DNA of 61,834 bases, filler included, from Rhabdomonas costata (taxonomy: Eukaryota): NCBI GenBank assembly GCA_019059605.1. It is 10 parts of 10 records of this genome, joined end to end, with 100 filler letters (N's around TTAATTAATTAA, not from the genome) between each part and the next. Parts side by side here need not be neighbours in the genome. Positions count along the whole stretch, not along the records: positions 55,230 to 61,834 come from JAHMHO010000038.1; 9 more parts are not named here. The stretch is one strand, 5' to 3'. Under the pieces are notes generated by a model. That model made no database searches. It had not been told where the DNA came from and saw only the letters and a program-made list of their open reading frames with translations. The first letter of the stretch is position 1. Each line of letters begins with the position of its first letter. Shown piece by piece: positions 59,901-61,834 of this stretch. The position numbers and the translations under genes are program-made.

Positions 59901-61834
59901 TATTCTCTCCGTTGAGATGGACAAATGGACAAAAAGCAAGACAAGGTTATCAGCAGACAAGGTCTCTCTAAATTAGTCGGCTGCTGCGTGGACTCACGTG
60001 GACACTCGGCATGTCTCATGACATGGCACTGCAAATGTCTCGGGCACTCTACCGGCCTCCTCCTCACACAGCACTCCGCATTCCATCTGCTAAAGCACTA
60101 CACATGCTTCAGAGAGCAATCTGGTTTCTCTAAGAATGAAGAATGAAGAAGTAATTCACTGTTGTCTCTGGATCACTGTAGATGGCTCTCCTCAAACAAC
60201 CCCCAGATGTCCCGAGAACTGTGAACTGACGGCCAGAGGTTCGCACTCGCATCTTTTGTCACAAAGCTCCCGTCGAGATCGCTCCTCAGGTGCTCCTGTA
60301 GAACTTGATTGTCTAATCGTCAATATATGTTTGGGAGACTCGTCAACCTTAATGTGCACTGGCATGGTGGGTTATATGCTGCACACGCCAAATGTCTTTA
60401 TTGTGGAGTCCACAAAATCAGCTTTCCGAAATCAAGAGAGTCCATCTCCGCAAGGAACAAACTCAATCAATTTAGATACGTAACCACACTTACACGGCGT
60501 TTTGTGCTGTGCACAGGTTTTTGTCAATGAATCCCAACTCAACGACAGCTCACTTTCCCCAAATGCCTCGAAGGGGATGACTCTGAACAGCAACATTCCT
60601 GCTGGTGGGAAGGGTTGTGCGCCCAAGCCCCGGGGAGATGTTGACTCAAGGGCATGGATTCCAAGGGTGCAGTCTTTGGGCCTTGATACTCCGCTGGTCT
60701 CATCTCTTGTTTTGTGCTGTCGTGATGTGGGCAGGATTTGGCGGCCGGTCTGGGGGTTCCCGGGCTTTCTTGGCGGTAGGCTTGGGCCTCACAAGCCAAT
60801 TTTCGACTGGGGGCTTGATAGGGCACTAGAACGAGCTGCTGCGTGCCGGGAAACTGCAGGGTCGGCTGGTCACTCGCCCTCATTCCGCCGCTTCTTTGCC
60901 ATTCATGCGTGTCTTTTGCGGTCCATGGACATTGCTTTGCCGTTTCTTGGCCGTGATGTTGCCCTTGGAGGTGTTGGCCGGCCCGGACGTCGTAGTTCCT
61001 CCGTCCAAGGCTCGGTAGGCGCATCGTGCCGCTTTCATCTGGGTATCCGGGACGGAGAGTGGAAGAGAAGGAGGTGGTGGTGGTCTGACTCCTGACGAGG
61101 ACCTTTTGGGGTGTGCAATTTCGTGTCCTCCGATACCGGTTGCGGCCACACTCTGCGTGTGTCCCAGCGCGGTGCTCTCCAGAACCACGCCGCGAGCTTG
61201 AGATAGGAGTGGAAGGAAACGTCTGAGCTCTCGAAATGCATTCCGCTTTGACTATAGAGCGATTCGAAAGCGATAGCCAAAGGATCAGCCTGGGAAAAGA
61301 TGGGGCGCGTGTTGTTGGTTGCGCGCGGGGGCACTCTCAGCACAAGAATGCTACACAGCTTCGACATACGCGGTGGTCATTCTTTTCGTGCGGAATTTTT
61401 TCTTGCGCTGTACAACTTCTCCGGCGTGAAAATGGTTCGCATGAAGTTGCTTCCGCCGCGGCGTACGGCCTTGAACCCGGCCAAACTGTCAACGTCCCGT
61501 GGTGGTGATCGATATTTACTTACCCTGCCGGCCACCACTTCCATGGACACGACGGTTATGGGGTCGCGGTCCATCGGCGCGGCTTCACATACGAGGGAGC
61601 AGAATCCAAATTTCTTTCGGAGGCAATGGGGTGTTTGTAAAACCGAAGGCAAAGGAGGAGCTGGAAGAAGAGAACCTGACACAGAGCGTCGTCGAGAAGA
61701 GTGCCGGGGCAAAATAGAAAGGGGGGTTAGGCCGCATGTATCGCGCCAGGGCGCGGGCGGCGAGAAAAAGCCCACTACAGCAACGCACTGGGAGAACACA
61801 CACAGAAGACGGAAAGATGAAGCACAGAAAAACA

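Noticed and set aside
1-61834. CRISPR arrays, tRNA/rRNA genes, spliced-leader RNA genes, alternative genetic code
   Set aside because: No such motifs were recognised by eye. Conserved genes use TGG for Trp and standard stops, and in-frame stops are confined to decayed mobile elements.

Overview
This is intron-rich eukaryotic nuclear DNA from a flagellated protist. An axonemal dynein is present, and the GT-N-Y-G donor consensus suggests a euglenozoan/euglenid (inference). The window is not one locus: it is about ten contigs of roughly 6 kb joined by nine artificial 100-bp N/TTAATTAATTAA spacers, so synteny only holds within a contig. By hand-splicing GT-AG exons I can support partial genes for RAD23, dynein heavy chain 10, GFAT, a divergent Hsp70 substrate-binding-domain-like protein, an ARM/ZZ protein abutting only the end of a kinase, an IQ/CCDC87-like protein, an SLC35B1-type transporter (with a 1-nt frameshift), an RRM-like protein, an S33 alpha/beta hydrolase, an LRR protein, a cullin, a degenerate multi-TM tandem cyclase and a coiled-coil protein. 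Fossil Ty3/gypsy and YR-type retroelement sequence is also present. The most striking structures are invisible in the ORF track: (1) a signal-anchored protein built from at least six symmetric phase-1 exons, each encoding exactly one 6-Cys module (31664-35591), and (2) a tandem array of at least five paralogous phase-0 micro-exons (50277-52265). All homologies are from motif recognition by eye; no searches were run.
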